A stretch of 64,000 nucleotides of DNA from an uncultured Gammaproteobacteria bacterium (GTDB lineage: Bacteria > Pseudomonadota > Gammaproteobacteria > Pseudomonadales > Halieaceae): NCBI GenBank assembly GCA_963765545.1, contig CAVXWW010000004.1:1667923-1731922 (forward strand). The letters run 5' to 3'. Shown piece by piece: positions 14,159 through 23,321 of this stretch (within the stretch, counting starts at the first letter, position 1; each line of letters begins with the position of its first letter). The position numbers and the translations under genes were made by a program. The notes beneath the pieces were generated by a model, which searched no databases, was not told the origin of the DNA, and saw only the letters and a program-made list of their open reading frames with translations.

Positions 14159-14932
14159 GATATCCCCAAAGTCACCGTGGCGACCTTTGCCCCGGGCGAA
14201 CCGGGTAGCACCCGCCACGGTCTCACGACTCTCTATAACCTCCATACCGCGTCGAAATTCGTTCGCCATGGCCTGCTCCATGGGTAAATCCCACTGCTCA
14301 CAGGCGCTCAGGCGATCAGAACGCAGGCAGTTTGGCGGAAAGCGACACAGCTCGCCCGCCAGTTCCAGGGCAGCATTGAGCGCCTCCCCGTCAGCTACAA
14401 GCCGATTGGCCAGACCTATCTGCATGGCCTCCTCAGCCCCAACCGCACGGCCCGTGAGTATCAGGTCCATGGCCCGACTGTGGCCTATCAGCCGGGGCAG
14501 GCGGACAGTACCGCCGTCGACCAGTGGCACGCCCCAGCGGCGACAATACACACCCATTACCGCACTTTGCTCCATTACCCGCAGGTCACACCAAAGGGCG
14601 AGCTCCATGCCCCCGGCCACCGCATGACCGGCGATGGCAGCGATGACCGGCTTACCGAGCAACATACGCGACGGACCCATTGGGCCATCCCCTTCGGGCG
14701 CCAGTTGATTGCTTTGCGCCTCGGCAGCCACTGCCTTGAGGTCGGCCCCTGCGCAGAACGTCCCGAACTCACCGTGCAGAATGGCCACATCGCTGTCAGG
14801 GTTGGCATCAAACGCCCTGAAGGCCTGCGCCAGCGCGTGAGCAGTGGGGCCATCCACAGCATTGCGCACCTCGGGACGCGACAAGCGCACGATAGTAATG
14901 CGATCGCGAATATCCACCCTGACTGAATCCAT
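14156..14932 (-). CDS. enoyl-CoA hydratase/isomerase (crotonase) family protein
   Basis: 258 aa. FCAGADLK and GHAVAGGMELALWCDLRV crotonase motifs. Confidence 0.88.
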   Translation of the reverse strand: MDSVRVDIRDRITIVRLSRPEVRNAVDGPTAHALAQAFRAFDANPDSDVAILHGEFGTFCAGADLKAVAAEAQSNQLAPEGDGPMGPSRMLLGKPVIAAIAGHAVAGGMELALWCDLRVMEQSAVMGVYCRRWGVPLVDGGTVRLPRLIGHSRAMDLILTGRAVGAEEAMQIGLANRLVADGEALNAALELAGELCRFPPNCLRSDRLSACEQWDLPMEQAMANEFRRGMEVIESRETVAGATRFARGKGRHGDFGDI

Positions 14933-15063
14933 ATTTCATCACCTTATTGCGCGTTTGTCTGTGTGGGGAGTTTACCCCAATGCGAGGCGGCATGGCCCCC
15001 TGTGGACGCGGACCATGCCAGCCCCTATCATCATCGGCTGACCCCTGGCAGGTACAGATTAAA

Positions 15064-17163
15064 ATGCGTATGAGAACCGTCATCACCCTGTGGCTGCTAG
15101 CCAGCCTGGGGGGCTGCTCCGAGTCGCAGGAACCCATGACCGTTACAGTCTCGCAGCGCCCCTCCGGCAACCTGCTGCCGGTTAACAAGGAAGTCCTCAC
15201 CTTTCGGGCAGCGCCGAATGCAGACCGCAATGCCTACTTCGGCGATCTTCATGTACACACGGGATATTCATTTGACGCCTATGTTTTTGGCAATACGACC
15301 CTGCCTGCGGATGCCTACCGGTACGCCAGGGGTGAGGCACTGAACCACCCCAGCGGCTACAGCATTCAGCTGCAACAGCCGCTGGACTTTTATGCCGTGA
15401 CAGACCATGCAATGTTTATGGGACTGGTGCGCGCTGCCGCCGATACCAGCACCCGATTCTCCCAGTACCCGGTGGCCGAACCACTGCACAACATCAATGC
15501 CTGGTACAACATGAACGATTTAAGCCTGGCAAAAAGAGCCCGCAATTTTGCCGCTTTCCTATCCAACAGCATAAATGAGCTACTCGAGGGTGCTATCGAC
15601 CCACAGGTCGTCGAGGCCGTGACGCGGTCGGCCTGGCACGACACGGTGCTCGCCGCCGATGACGCCTATGTTCCCGGGACCTTCACCACTTTTGCCGCGT
15701 TCGAATACACCACCTCCACCGACGACATGGGTAACCTGCACCGCAACGTTATCTTTAAAGATACCGACCGCCTGCCGGCGGTGCCCTTTTCACGCTTCAA
15801 TTCGCAGAATCCCGAAGGCCTTTGGGCATGGATGGATGAGCTGCGTAGTGACGGTATCGAGAGCCTGGCGATCCCCCATAACTCCAACGGCTCCAACGGC
15901 CAGATGTTCAAACTGACAGACTGGGCAGGTGACCCGATGGACGATGACTATTCCACCGTGCGCCTGCGCAACGAACCACTGGTAGAGGTCACCCAGGTAA
16001 AGGGCACTTCCGACACTCACCCGCTGCTGTCAAAGAATGATGAGTGGGCCGATTTTGAAATCGCCCCCTACCGGGTTGCAACCCAACTCCACAGCGAACC
16101 GAGCGGGGGCTACGTGCGCGATGCCTACCTGCGCGGCCTGCAATTGGGCGGGGCTGGCGCCGTTAACCCTTACAAGTTCGGACTGATCGGCGCCAGCGAT
16201 ACCCACAACAGCGCCACCTCGGTGGAGGAGCGCAACTACTTCTCGAAGGTCGGGATGCTGGATGGAACGGCGGAACTACGCGGTTCAATTCCCGCGTCTT
16301 TTGTCGCCGGCACCCTACTGAAATGGCGCGCACCGGCACTCCTGAAACAGGTCGATGGCAGGGATTACATGGTCGGCGGGGCCTTTGAATTCTGGTCTGC
16401 CTCCGGGCTGGCCGGCGTGTGGGCAGAGGAAAATACCCGTGAGGCAATCTATCGCGCCTTCCGGCGCAAGGAAACCTTTGCGACCAGCGGGCCCCGCATG
16501 AAAGTGCGTTTTTTCGCAGGCTATAATTTTGAACCTGAACTGCTGGATAGCCCCCAGATGGCGGCAACTGCCTACCGCACAGGCGTAACCATGGGCAGCG
16601 ACCTGGAGGCTGAGGCAGCACGGGAGCCCCGCTTCCTGGTCTGGGCAACGGCAGACCCGGCTGGCACCGCATTGCAACGGGTGCAGGTGATCAAGGGATA
16701 CCTGGAAGGCGGTGAGCACCGCGAACGAATCTATGATGTGGCCTGTTCGGACGGGGCAGTACCTGACCCTGCCACAGGGCGTTGCCCCGATAACGGAGCG
16801 CGGGTCGATTTGACCGACTGTTCCCTGACCGCTGGTGTCGGCGCCCCGGAACTGAAAGCCCTGTGGCGGGATCCGGATTTTTCCCCTGACCAGGAGGCAT
16901 TCTATTATGTGCGGGTGCTGGAAAACCCAAGCTGCCGCTGGTCTACCTGGGATGCCATACGTGCCGGTGTGGCGCCGCGCAGTGACCTGCACAGCACCAT
17001 CCAGGAAAGAGCCTGGTCATCACCGATCTGGTATCGTCCCGGACAGGAAGGTCCCCGACAGGAAGGTCCCGGACAGGAAAGTCCCGGACAGGAAGGTCCC
17101 GGAGACGTCGATTCTGATCGAAAAGTAAAACTCACCCCGGCTGAGATAGCCGGGGCTGCCTGA
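15064..17163 (+). CDS. DUF3604 family protein, predicted lipoprotein
   Basis: Start MRMRTVITLWLLASLGGCSE (lipobox) at ATG 15064. YFGDLHVHTGYSFDAY metal-binding-like N-terminal motif typical of DUF3604. The track start at 14947 is judged an over-extension. Confidence 0.8.
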   Translation: MRMRTVITLWLLASLGGCSESQEPMTVTVSQRPSGNLLPVNKEVLTFRAAPNADRNAYFGDLHVHTGYSFDAYVFGNTTLPADAYRYARGEALNHPSGYSIQLQQPLDFYAVTDHAMFMGLVRAAADTSTRFSQYPVAEPLHNINAWYNMNDLSLAKRARNFAAFLSNSINELLEGAIDPQVVEAVTRSAWHDTVLAADDAYVPGTFTTFAAFEYTTSTDDMGNLHRNVIFKDTDRLPAVPFSRFNSQNPEGLWAWMDELRSDGIESLAIPHNSNGSNGQMFKLTDWAGDPMDDDYSTVRLRNEPLVEVTQVKGTSDTHPLLSKNDEWADFEIAPYRVATQLHSEPSGGYVRDAYLRGLQLGGAGAVNPYKFGLIGASDTHNSATSVEERNYFSKVGMLDGTAELRGSIPASFVAGTLLKWRAPALLKQVDGRDYMVGGAFEFWSASGLAGVWAEENTREAIYRAFRRKETFATSGPRMKVRFFAGYNFEPELLDSPQMAATAYRTGVTMGSDLEAEAAREPRFLVWATADPAGTALQRVQVIKGYLEGGEHRERIYDVACSDGAVPDPATGRCPDNGARVDLTDCSLTAGVGAPELKALWRDPDFSPDQEAFYYVRVLENPSCRWSTWDAIRAGVAPRSDLHSTIQERAWSSPIWYRPGQEGPRQEGPGQESPGQEGPGDVDSDRKVKLTPAEIAGAA
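17038..17103 (+). repeat. 15-bp in-frame tandem repeat (about 4.4 copies) encoding PGQEG-PRQEG-PGQES-PGQEG-PG in the DUF3604 C-terminus
   Basis: CCCGGACAGGAAGGT units at 17038, 17053, 17068 and 17083, with 1-2 substitutions. Confidence 0.9.
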
Positions 17164-17165
17164 CA

Positions 17166-17642
17166 CTAGAGAGGCGGTATACGCAGGTTCTGGCCCACTT
17201 TGATCTTGTCGGGATCTGTCAGCATGGGCTGATTCGCCTCGAAGATAACCATATACTTGCTCGCCGCCCCATAGTGTTCCTGGGCGATTTTGCTAAGGGT
17301 ATCGCCAGATTTGACTGTGTAAAAAGTCGATTCTGCGGCGACGGGCGCTGCCTCACCCTCTGGGGCGTCTACCTGCATCTGGCAATCCACCTGGGCGATG
17401 CCAAACTGGTTACCCGCGCAAAGTACAATCTTTTCCATGGCTTCCTGGCTGGGTGCTGAACCCGTCAGCACGGCGGTCTCGCCATTAACCTTGACGCCTA
17501 CCTGTTCGCCATCGACATCCAGCTGAGCCACCATGCGGCTGATATTCTGCTCGCGCAACTCATTGACCCGGGCGGGCGGCACATCGACAGTCTCGGTTAC
17601 CTTGTCTTCTCCGGCGTCAGACAAAAAATCAAATAGTCCCAT
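17166..17642 (-). CDS. kbp: BON+LysM domain protein (potassium-binding protein Kbp/YgaU homolog)
   Basis: MGLFDFLSDAGEDK N-terminus, a BON segment, and the C-terminal LysM FYTVKSGDTLSKIAQEHYG...IFEANQPML. Closely parallels E. coli YgaU as I recall it. Confidence 0.85.
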   Translation of the reverse strand: MGLFDFLSDAGEDKVTETVDVPPARVNELREQNISRMVAQLDVDGEQVGVKVNGETAVLTGSAPSQEAMEKIVLCAGNQFGIAQVDCQMQVDAPEGEAAPVAAESTFYTVKSGDTLSKIAQEHYGAASKYMVIFEANQPMLTDPDKIKVGQNLRIPPL

Positions 17643-17857
17643 TATTCAGTGCTCTCCTGATTAAATATTCACAATAGCGCGGGGCCGCTGTGAGCCATGA
17701 CCCCTGCGCTTGATTAAATGACACACCATGTGTGGCGCCCCCACACTATAGTCCAGTATTTGCGGGATGCAACGGATAGCGAAACCAGGAATGGCGACAC
17801 GATCACCCCGCTTGTATCGTAACCCCACAGGTATCACTAACCAAAAGGTCAGACATA

Positions 17858-18313
17858 GTGAACAAGGTGCTATTTTCCATTATCAATCCGGTGGTCAAGT
17901 GCGTACTGCGCTCACCTCTTCACCGACTCATGAGTCACAACACCGTGCTTCTGGAGTTCACAGGCCGAAAAAGCGGAAGAGCTTACTCAACGCCTGTGGG
18001 CTATTACGCTACAGGCCTGGAGGTACGTTGCTTTACCGATAGGAACAACCAGTGGTGGCGCAATCTGGCCGGCGTGAAGGAGATCGGTTTAACAGTGAAG
18101 GGGCAGAGACTCACCGGCAAACCCAGCGTGGATGCGAGCGGCGGGCCCGACACTCGCAAGGCACTAAAAGAACTGCTACTGGCAAGCCCAAGAGATGCTT
18201 CCTATGCCGGAGTCAGCTTCTACCCGACTGGAGCGCCTGTCGCCGGGGATATCGAGAAAGCCATCTCTGGGATGATTTATATATCGGTGGAAATACTGGA
18301 TGGGGCCGCTTAA
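17858..18313 (+). CDS. PNPOx-like split-barrel protein (DUF385 / F420H2-dependent quinone reductase-like family)
   Basis: 151 aa. PLHRLMSHNTVLLEFTGRKSGRAYSTPVGY...WWRNL pattern. Family assignment is from memory only. Confidence 0.5.
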   Translation: MNKVLFSIINPVVKCVLRSPLHRLMSHNTVLLEFTGRKSGRAYSTPVGYYATGLEVRCFTDRNNQWWRNLAGVKEIGLTVKGQRLTGKPSVDASGGPDTRKALKELLLASPRDASYAGVSFYPTGAPVAGDIEKAISGMIYISVEILDGAA

Positions 18314-18437
18314 AGGCGCACCGCGCTGCTTGACCCAGCCTATGGTCTATCGTGACCACAGGATTTATATTACGATGCCTGAGAGACTCCTCACCGGCTC
18401 TACCACCCCCCCTGGGTGAAGGGGGAGAGAACTGCGA

Positions 18438-19878
18438 ATGTTTAGCGATGCGAAACTCTGGCTGATCGGCAACGAACCCGTTATCAGCGCCATTGTAGGC
18501 CTTGTAACACTATCAGCAGCTGTCTGGGGCCTGATGCGGTTGCGTTACCTGGAATCCGAAGGAGTTGCGGGGCGTGCGGCCGGCGAGACGCTTCAACCAA
18601 ATACCTCAGAAGATATAAACCCCGACACGCCCCCACCAAGACTGCGCGGCACTCCCAGGAAACTATTTAATCTTGGCATCACCCAAAAATCGCAAATAGA
18701 GGAGATTGTTGCCTCTCGTACTATCAACGTAACCGTTATTGCAATGCTGTCGCTAAATGTGGTGTGGATCATAGCTGGCTTGATGGTTAATGGCTTTGTC
18801 TACTTTACCATTTTGAACTGCGTAGTATTCCTGGCGGGGCTCCTGATTCTAATTCTTCAGGCAGGGGGTCGCAGCGATACAGCCCGCTGGATACTGCTGG
18901 TGGCAACCTACAGCTACTGGTCCAGCATACAGTTAAGCGTTGGAAAAATGTGGGGAGTGGAATACTTCCTTGTCATTCTCTGCCTGCTACCGATACTGCT
19001 TTTTAAACGCTATGAGTATCTTCAAAAAAGTGCCGCGGTAGCATTACTACTAGGATTTATGGCGCTCCAGCTACTGCTTTCTCGAGTCTATAATAGCGGC
19101 CTGCTTAACCTCGACGAACCTCTCTTAAAGATCGGTTACAGCGTTAACATGGCTGTTCTATGCGTTATGGTAATCGCCATAGTCACATACTACTCCAGGT
19201 TCTCGCTGGACAGTTTTCAAGCGCTTGAAACCCAAAAAGACAAAGCCGACAAGCTGGTGAAATCAGTGTTTCCAAAGGATGTTATCCAACAGATAAGGGA
19301 GAACTCGAAAACGGTTGCCGCCTACCGAGACGAAGCCGCCGTAATATTTGTAACGCTAGCGGGATTTGAGGACCTATATCACAGAATCACCGCCAGACAA
19401 CTGGTAGAAATGATGGGCGCAATATTTCTGAAAGTTGACGAGTTGCTGGAAAAGCACAGGATCGAAAAAATCAACATGTTGGGCACCCACTATGTGGCTG
19501 CCTCCGGAGTGTTCGAAGAAGGTGCAGCCAATTATGCGGCGGTCGCTCGATTTGCCCTGGATGTGACCGCTGAGGTCGCTAAGTTCGGTGAGGCAATGAA
19601 TCACAACTTCAGCGTGCGCGCAGGTGTATCAGTCGGACAGGTCGTCAGCGGTGTTATTGGGGACGCCAGACCCTGCTTCGATATATGGGGAGAGACGGTT
19701 GAACTTGCAGCAAGCTATGCAGGACGCTGCTGTCAAAAACACTGTGGTAGTGAGTGAACGCGCGTACTGGCGACTAAGAGATCGATTTGAATTTGCGGAA
19801 ATGACGGGTCATGAAAGCAGTTACATCCTGCTAAGAGAGCGCAGTGACAATATTATGAGCACAAATAGCTCACTATGA
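18438..19878 (+). pseudogene. membrane-anchored class III cyclase-homology-domain protein, paralog 1, interrupted by a 1-nt insertion near 19716 (or a sequencing error / programmed frameshift)
   Basis: Frame 1 (18438-19757) ends WGETVELAAS-YAGRCCQKHCGSE*. The +1 frame continues MQDAAVKNTVVVSERAYWRLRDRFEFAEMTGHESSYILL, which is collinear with paralog 2 (SMSDTAMDNSIVVNESAFWRLKDMFEFAEMPGESGSYLLL). The restored frame stops at 19876-19878, overlapping the ATG of paralog 2 (ATGA). Confidence 0.7.
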
Positions 19879-21260
19879 TATCCGCCGTTACCCATTGGCT
19901 TTCCATTAACGAAGCCTTCATAAGCTCCGTTGTAGGCTTGGGAAGCCTTGTGGCGCTAGCATGGGGCCTGATCAAAATCATCTACCAGAGTCCGTCCAGG
20001 TCAATAGTGCGAGCTCGTTCCGCATCTGAGAAGTCCCATTTTTTTCGTCACATTCCAATGACACTTTTTATCCCAATTCTTAATCTGGGGATTGGCCATC
20101 ACATCAATATTGAGGACAGAATCGCGGCCAGGACCGTAAATTTTTCCGCAATAGGATTGATAATCTTCAGCGTCGCGTTGATGCTCTTCACTGTCGTCAA
20201 CCCCGACGTTAAACCTCTAGGAATAATCCATGGAATATGCTTTCTCGCCTGCCTGCTCATATTGCGCCTGCAGGCGGAAGGAAAGCTTGGCATCGCGCGA
20301 TGGCTGTTTTTGTTTATCGTCATGTTGGAATGGACAGGTACGCAGATCTATATCGGCCCCTGGCACGGAAACGAGTATGTACTAGCTGCAATCGTGGTAT
20401 TCCCCATACTGCTTTTCAAGGGCGGTGAACTACAGCAACGTTTACTTGCCCTTATTCTGATAGCGGCATTCGCCCTGCTCACAATTATCTCGAGTATCTT
20501 TATCGATATTAAGCCCATAGAGCTCCACGCTGGAATGCACCTTATAGGTTACTACCTGGTTATGGTTAGCGTTACACTACTCGTTTTCTTTGTAGTCAAT
20601 TTTTATGTCAATTTTTCGGTTGCGAGTTTCAGTGAACTGGAACTTGAGCACATGCGAACAGAGGAGCTTGTAAATTCGATATTCCCTGAGGAGGTCCTGC
20701 GCCACATCAATGCCGAGAATCATCTGGTAGCAGAATCCCATGAAGAAGCCACGGTAATTTTTGTTACAGTCGGCGGCTTCGAAAGCCTCTACCAAAGAAT
20801 ATCCGCAGTCCAGCTCGTGGAATTGATGAGTGAGATTTTCGTAAAATTTGATGAGCTGCTGGTTTTGCATGGAGTAGAAAAAATCAACACCTTGGGCACA
20901 CACTATGTCGGGGCAAGCGGTGTATTCAACAGGAACACACCTGAACATGCAGCAGTTGCTCGTTTCGCTCTCGATATTCTGAAGGCGGTCCAGGCCTTCA
21001 GTGAAAAGCTCAACCATCGATTTACACTGCGAGCGGGTATATCAACCGGCCAGGTCATCAGCGGTGTCATTGGAAGCGCTCACCCCTGCTTTGATATCTG
21101 GGGGGAAACCGTGGAACTGGCGAACTCCATGAGCGACACGGCCATGGATAACTCCATAGTCGTTAACGAATCCGCCTTTTGGCGCCTCAAAGACATGTTC
21201 GAATTTGCCGAAATGCCAGGAGAAAGTGGCAGCTATCTGCTTCTACAGGCTAAAGGGTGA
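19875..21260 (+). CDS. membrane-anchored class III cyclase-homology-domain protein, paralog 2 (catalytic residues substituted)
   Basis: 461 aa. N-terminal TM helix, then a multi-TM block, then a linker (LVNSIFPEEVLRHI), then the CHD: ATVIFVTVGGFE, KINTLGTHYVGASG, FDIWGETVELANSMSD. Confidence 0.85.
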   Translation: MISAVTHWLSINEAFISSVVGLGSLVALAWGLIKIIYQSPSRSIVRARSASEKSHFFRHIPMTLFIPILNLGIGHHINIEDRIAARTVNFSAIGLIIFSVALMLFTVVNPDVKPLGIIHGICFLACLLILRLQAEGKLGIARWLFLFIVMLEWTGTQIYIGPWHGNEYVLAAIVVFPILLFKGGELQQRLLALILIAAFALLTIISSIFIDIKPIELHAGMHLIGYYLVMVSVTLLVFFVVNFYVNFSVASFSELELEHMRTEELVNSIFPEEVLRHINAENHLVAESHEEATVIFVTVGGFESLYQRISAVQLVELMSEIFVKFDELLVLHGVEKINTLGTHYVGASGVFNRNTPEHAAVARFALDILKAVQAFSEKLNHRFTLRAGISTGQVISGVIGSAHPCFDIWGETVELANSMSDTAMDNSIVVNESAFWRLKDMFEFAEMPGESGSYLLLQAKG

Positions 21261-21361
21261 ACAGGCGCTGAATCTACGCCAGCAGGGCCGGACCTGGCGG
21301 ATAAGGATATTGATTTTCGACTTGGTACGGTGATGAGTGCTGGCGTTTTCAGGGAACAAAC

Positions 21362-22576
21362 TCACCAGTACGTGCGTAAACCTGTAGTCAGGCCCCAGCC
21401 CTTGTATTCACCGCCATCGTTCGCGTCATCCTCCATCTTCGCGTACTGCAGCCCCGTCTGCCACTTGAGCTTCTGACCATAGATATACACGTTAAGGCCC
21501 AGGTAGAACTCGTTATAGCGATTGCCTTTACCGCTCACGACCTCCCGTTCATAGCGACCCAGCTTGAGACCGTTGTCATCAGAGCTGTCAAGGTAGGTGT
21601 AACGCAACACCACCTGCTGTTGCTCGCTGAAGGAGTAGAACGGCATCAGGGCGACACCCCACAGGTTGCTCTGCCTGTCCAGGCCATGCCCCGCGGACAC
21701 ATCAGTGGACAAGCCCCAGCCCCCGCTTTGCCACTGAGTCGCCAGGGTCACTGTATGACGAAAATCTGGCGTGGCATTGCGTTCGTAGTCGTCGTCATCG
21801 TCCGTCTGGTCGTCGTCGTCCTTGCTGTTGTAAACGTAGTCGACCCGAACCAGCGCTTCATCCAACGCCATTTTCCGGGCAAAATTATGTCCTAGCGACA
21901 GCAGCGTGAGATAGCCAACATTGCTGAGGCCGATTTCTTCGCTGTCATCGCCCGAAAAAAAGCCGGCCCGGGAGGTCCAGTGCTCGCCGGGGTTGCCACT
22001 AACGTGCACGCCAGAAAAGTACTCATCTGTGGCCCAAAGGTTATTGGTCAGGTTATTGCGTTGCAGCGTCAACAGCTTCTTGGATGAGGTGGCGCCGTCC
22101 AGGGTAAAGCCCACAGACTGCTTCAGAAGCTTGAGGTCCCAGGCCGAACCTGGCGAGTACCCGATATAGGCATCGGTCAGCCGGTTATACTGGTCGTCAA
22201 ACTGGTTATTGAGATCAAGATCGGCCTCCAGCTGGAGGGTATAGCCACCGCCAAACTCGGATTTAAAACCGAAACGAAAACGCCGCCAACGCATATCGCT
22301 GGCATCGTTGTCCGCGCCCTCCGGGACATCGTCCTCGTCTGCACTAAACCAATAGGCATCTGCCTGCAGGCGTCCGCTCAGAGCAAAGTAGCTCTCTTCA
22401 TCCTCGCTTTCCCATAGCTTTGCATGGCTCCATACACGATCGAACATGGCACTGGATGCTTCATCCCCCTGGGCCATGGTATTTCCCTTGGACAGGCACA
22501 GCGCCAGGCAAGCGGAGAATGCTAACTTACGAATATCGTGGTCGCCCGAGCCCGTTTTCAATAACAAGCTATACAA
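21362..22576 (-). CDS. OprO/OprP-family (phosphate-selective porin O/P fold) outer-membrane porin, unusually acidic
   Basis: 404 aa with a signal-like N-terminus. Beta-barrel pattern ending GLRTYW. RFRFGFKSEF and KLKWQTGLQY segments are typical of porin O/P. Confidence 0.75.
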   Translation of the reverse strand: MYSLLLKTGSGDHDIRKLAFSACLALCLSKGNTMAQGDEASSAMFDRVWSHAKLWESEDEESYFALSGRLQADAYWFSADEDDVPEGADNDASDMRWRRFRFGFKSEFGGGYTLQLEADLDLNNQFDDQYNRLTDAYIGYSPGSAWDLKLLKQSVGFTLDGATSSKKLLTLQRNNLTNNLWATDEYFSGVHVSGNPGEHWTSRAGFFSGDDSEEIGLSNVGYLTLLSLGHNFARKMALDEALVRVDYVYNSKDDDDQTDDDDDYERNATPDFRHTVTLATQWQSGGWGLSTDVSAGHGLDRQSNLWGVALMPFYSFSEQQQVVLRYTYLDSSDDNGLKLGRYEREVVSGKGNRYNEFYLGLNVYIYGQKLKWQTGLQYAKMEDDANDGGEYKGWGLTTGLRTYW

Positions 22577-22737
22577 GAGCTACTCCCCCATCGGAGCCGG
22601 TAAAAATCGGTTTGAGCCACAGCTGTGCGGTTCAGTACGAGCATTTTTTCAGCAGACAGAGCCACGACGACTCGGTTTTGCCGCGCAAGCCCCAACCATC
22701 ACAGACCATTGGCATCATCGTCTCCTGTGGCTCACAA

Positions 22738-23321
22738 CTACCGCGGATTAAACGGCTGCGTAGCCAGTTTACCTGAATCGACAACAATCACCGAGGACTC
22801 GGGCACGGGCTCCCACATCTTGCTCATCTGGGACAGTGGCTCGCAAACGATGGCACGTGCGTCATCCGCAATGCCTCGAAGGCTCGAACTCACCTCTTTG
22901 AGCGCGGCGATATCGCCACTGTGATAGAGGCTCCGGGACTGCTGTTCGCTAGAGTAACGCACGGCGAACAAACGTTGGCCGTCGCTAAGGCCTAAAGTCA
23001 TTTGTAGCGGGTACTGTATGCCATTGCGGTGACCGACTACTTCAACGAACCCGGTCATTCTCTCCAGGGCCGCAATCGGGTCTGACTCCAGGCCAAAAGT
23101 GAGCGCAAGGTTGAACATCAGCTCGGAGTCAGTGGTGCCTTCGATCAACGGAAACAGCGTCGCATCAACGGCGAACGCCAGTTCGCGCCGAAGCCGTCGC
23201 CATTGGTAGTTTCTACGCCCTCTTTCGAGTTGAGGCTCTGATGGATGAGTGAATTTTCCGGCTTGAGAATCAATTCATCCATGTTTAGAGGTGATCCTAC
23301 GTAACCAATCCAACGGCACAT
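22738..23321 (-). pseudogene. class II (Ntn, YafJ-like) glutamine amidotransferase remnant with internal deletion and frameshift
   Basis: From ATG 23321: MCRWIGYVGSPLNMDELILKPENSLIHQSLNSKEGVETTNGDGFG. At about 23187 it abuts, in another frame, RELAFAVDATLFPLIEGTTDSELMFNLALTFGL... (track ORF 22738-23148). The central roughly 100 codons of the family are absent. Confidence 0.75.

Noticed and set aside
17038-17103. The 15-bp and 12-bp tandem repeats (also 54721-54783) as a CRISPR array or non-coding VNTR.
   Set aside because: There are no spacers. The units are contiguous and in frame inside the DUF3604 and gspI coding sequences. They are coding low-complexity repeats.
18438-21260. The two cyclase-domain genes as a CBASS/Pycsar-type cyclic-nucleotide defence system.
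   Set aside because: Both metal-binding Asp residues, the Lys, the Asn and the Arg are substituted. No cNMP-binding effector, CARF/SAVED/TIR or other effector gene is adjacent. The neighbours are a porin and a decayed amidotransferase.
21277-21299. Hairpin CGCCAG-N11-CTGGCG between the second cyclase-like gene and the porin, as a terminator.
   Set aside because: The stem is only 6 bp, the loop is large and there is no clear U-tract. Too weak to report as a feature.
22577-22737. A Pho box upstream of the OprO/P-like porin.
   Set aside because: Only weak partial matches to CTGTCAT-N4-CTGTCAT were found (for example CTGTCTG-CTGA-AAAAATG). That is not enough to call.
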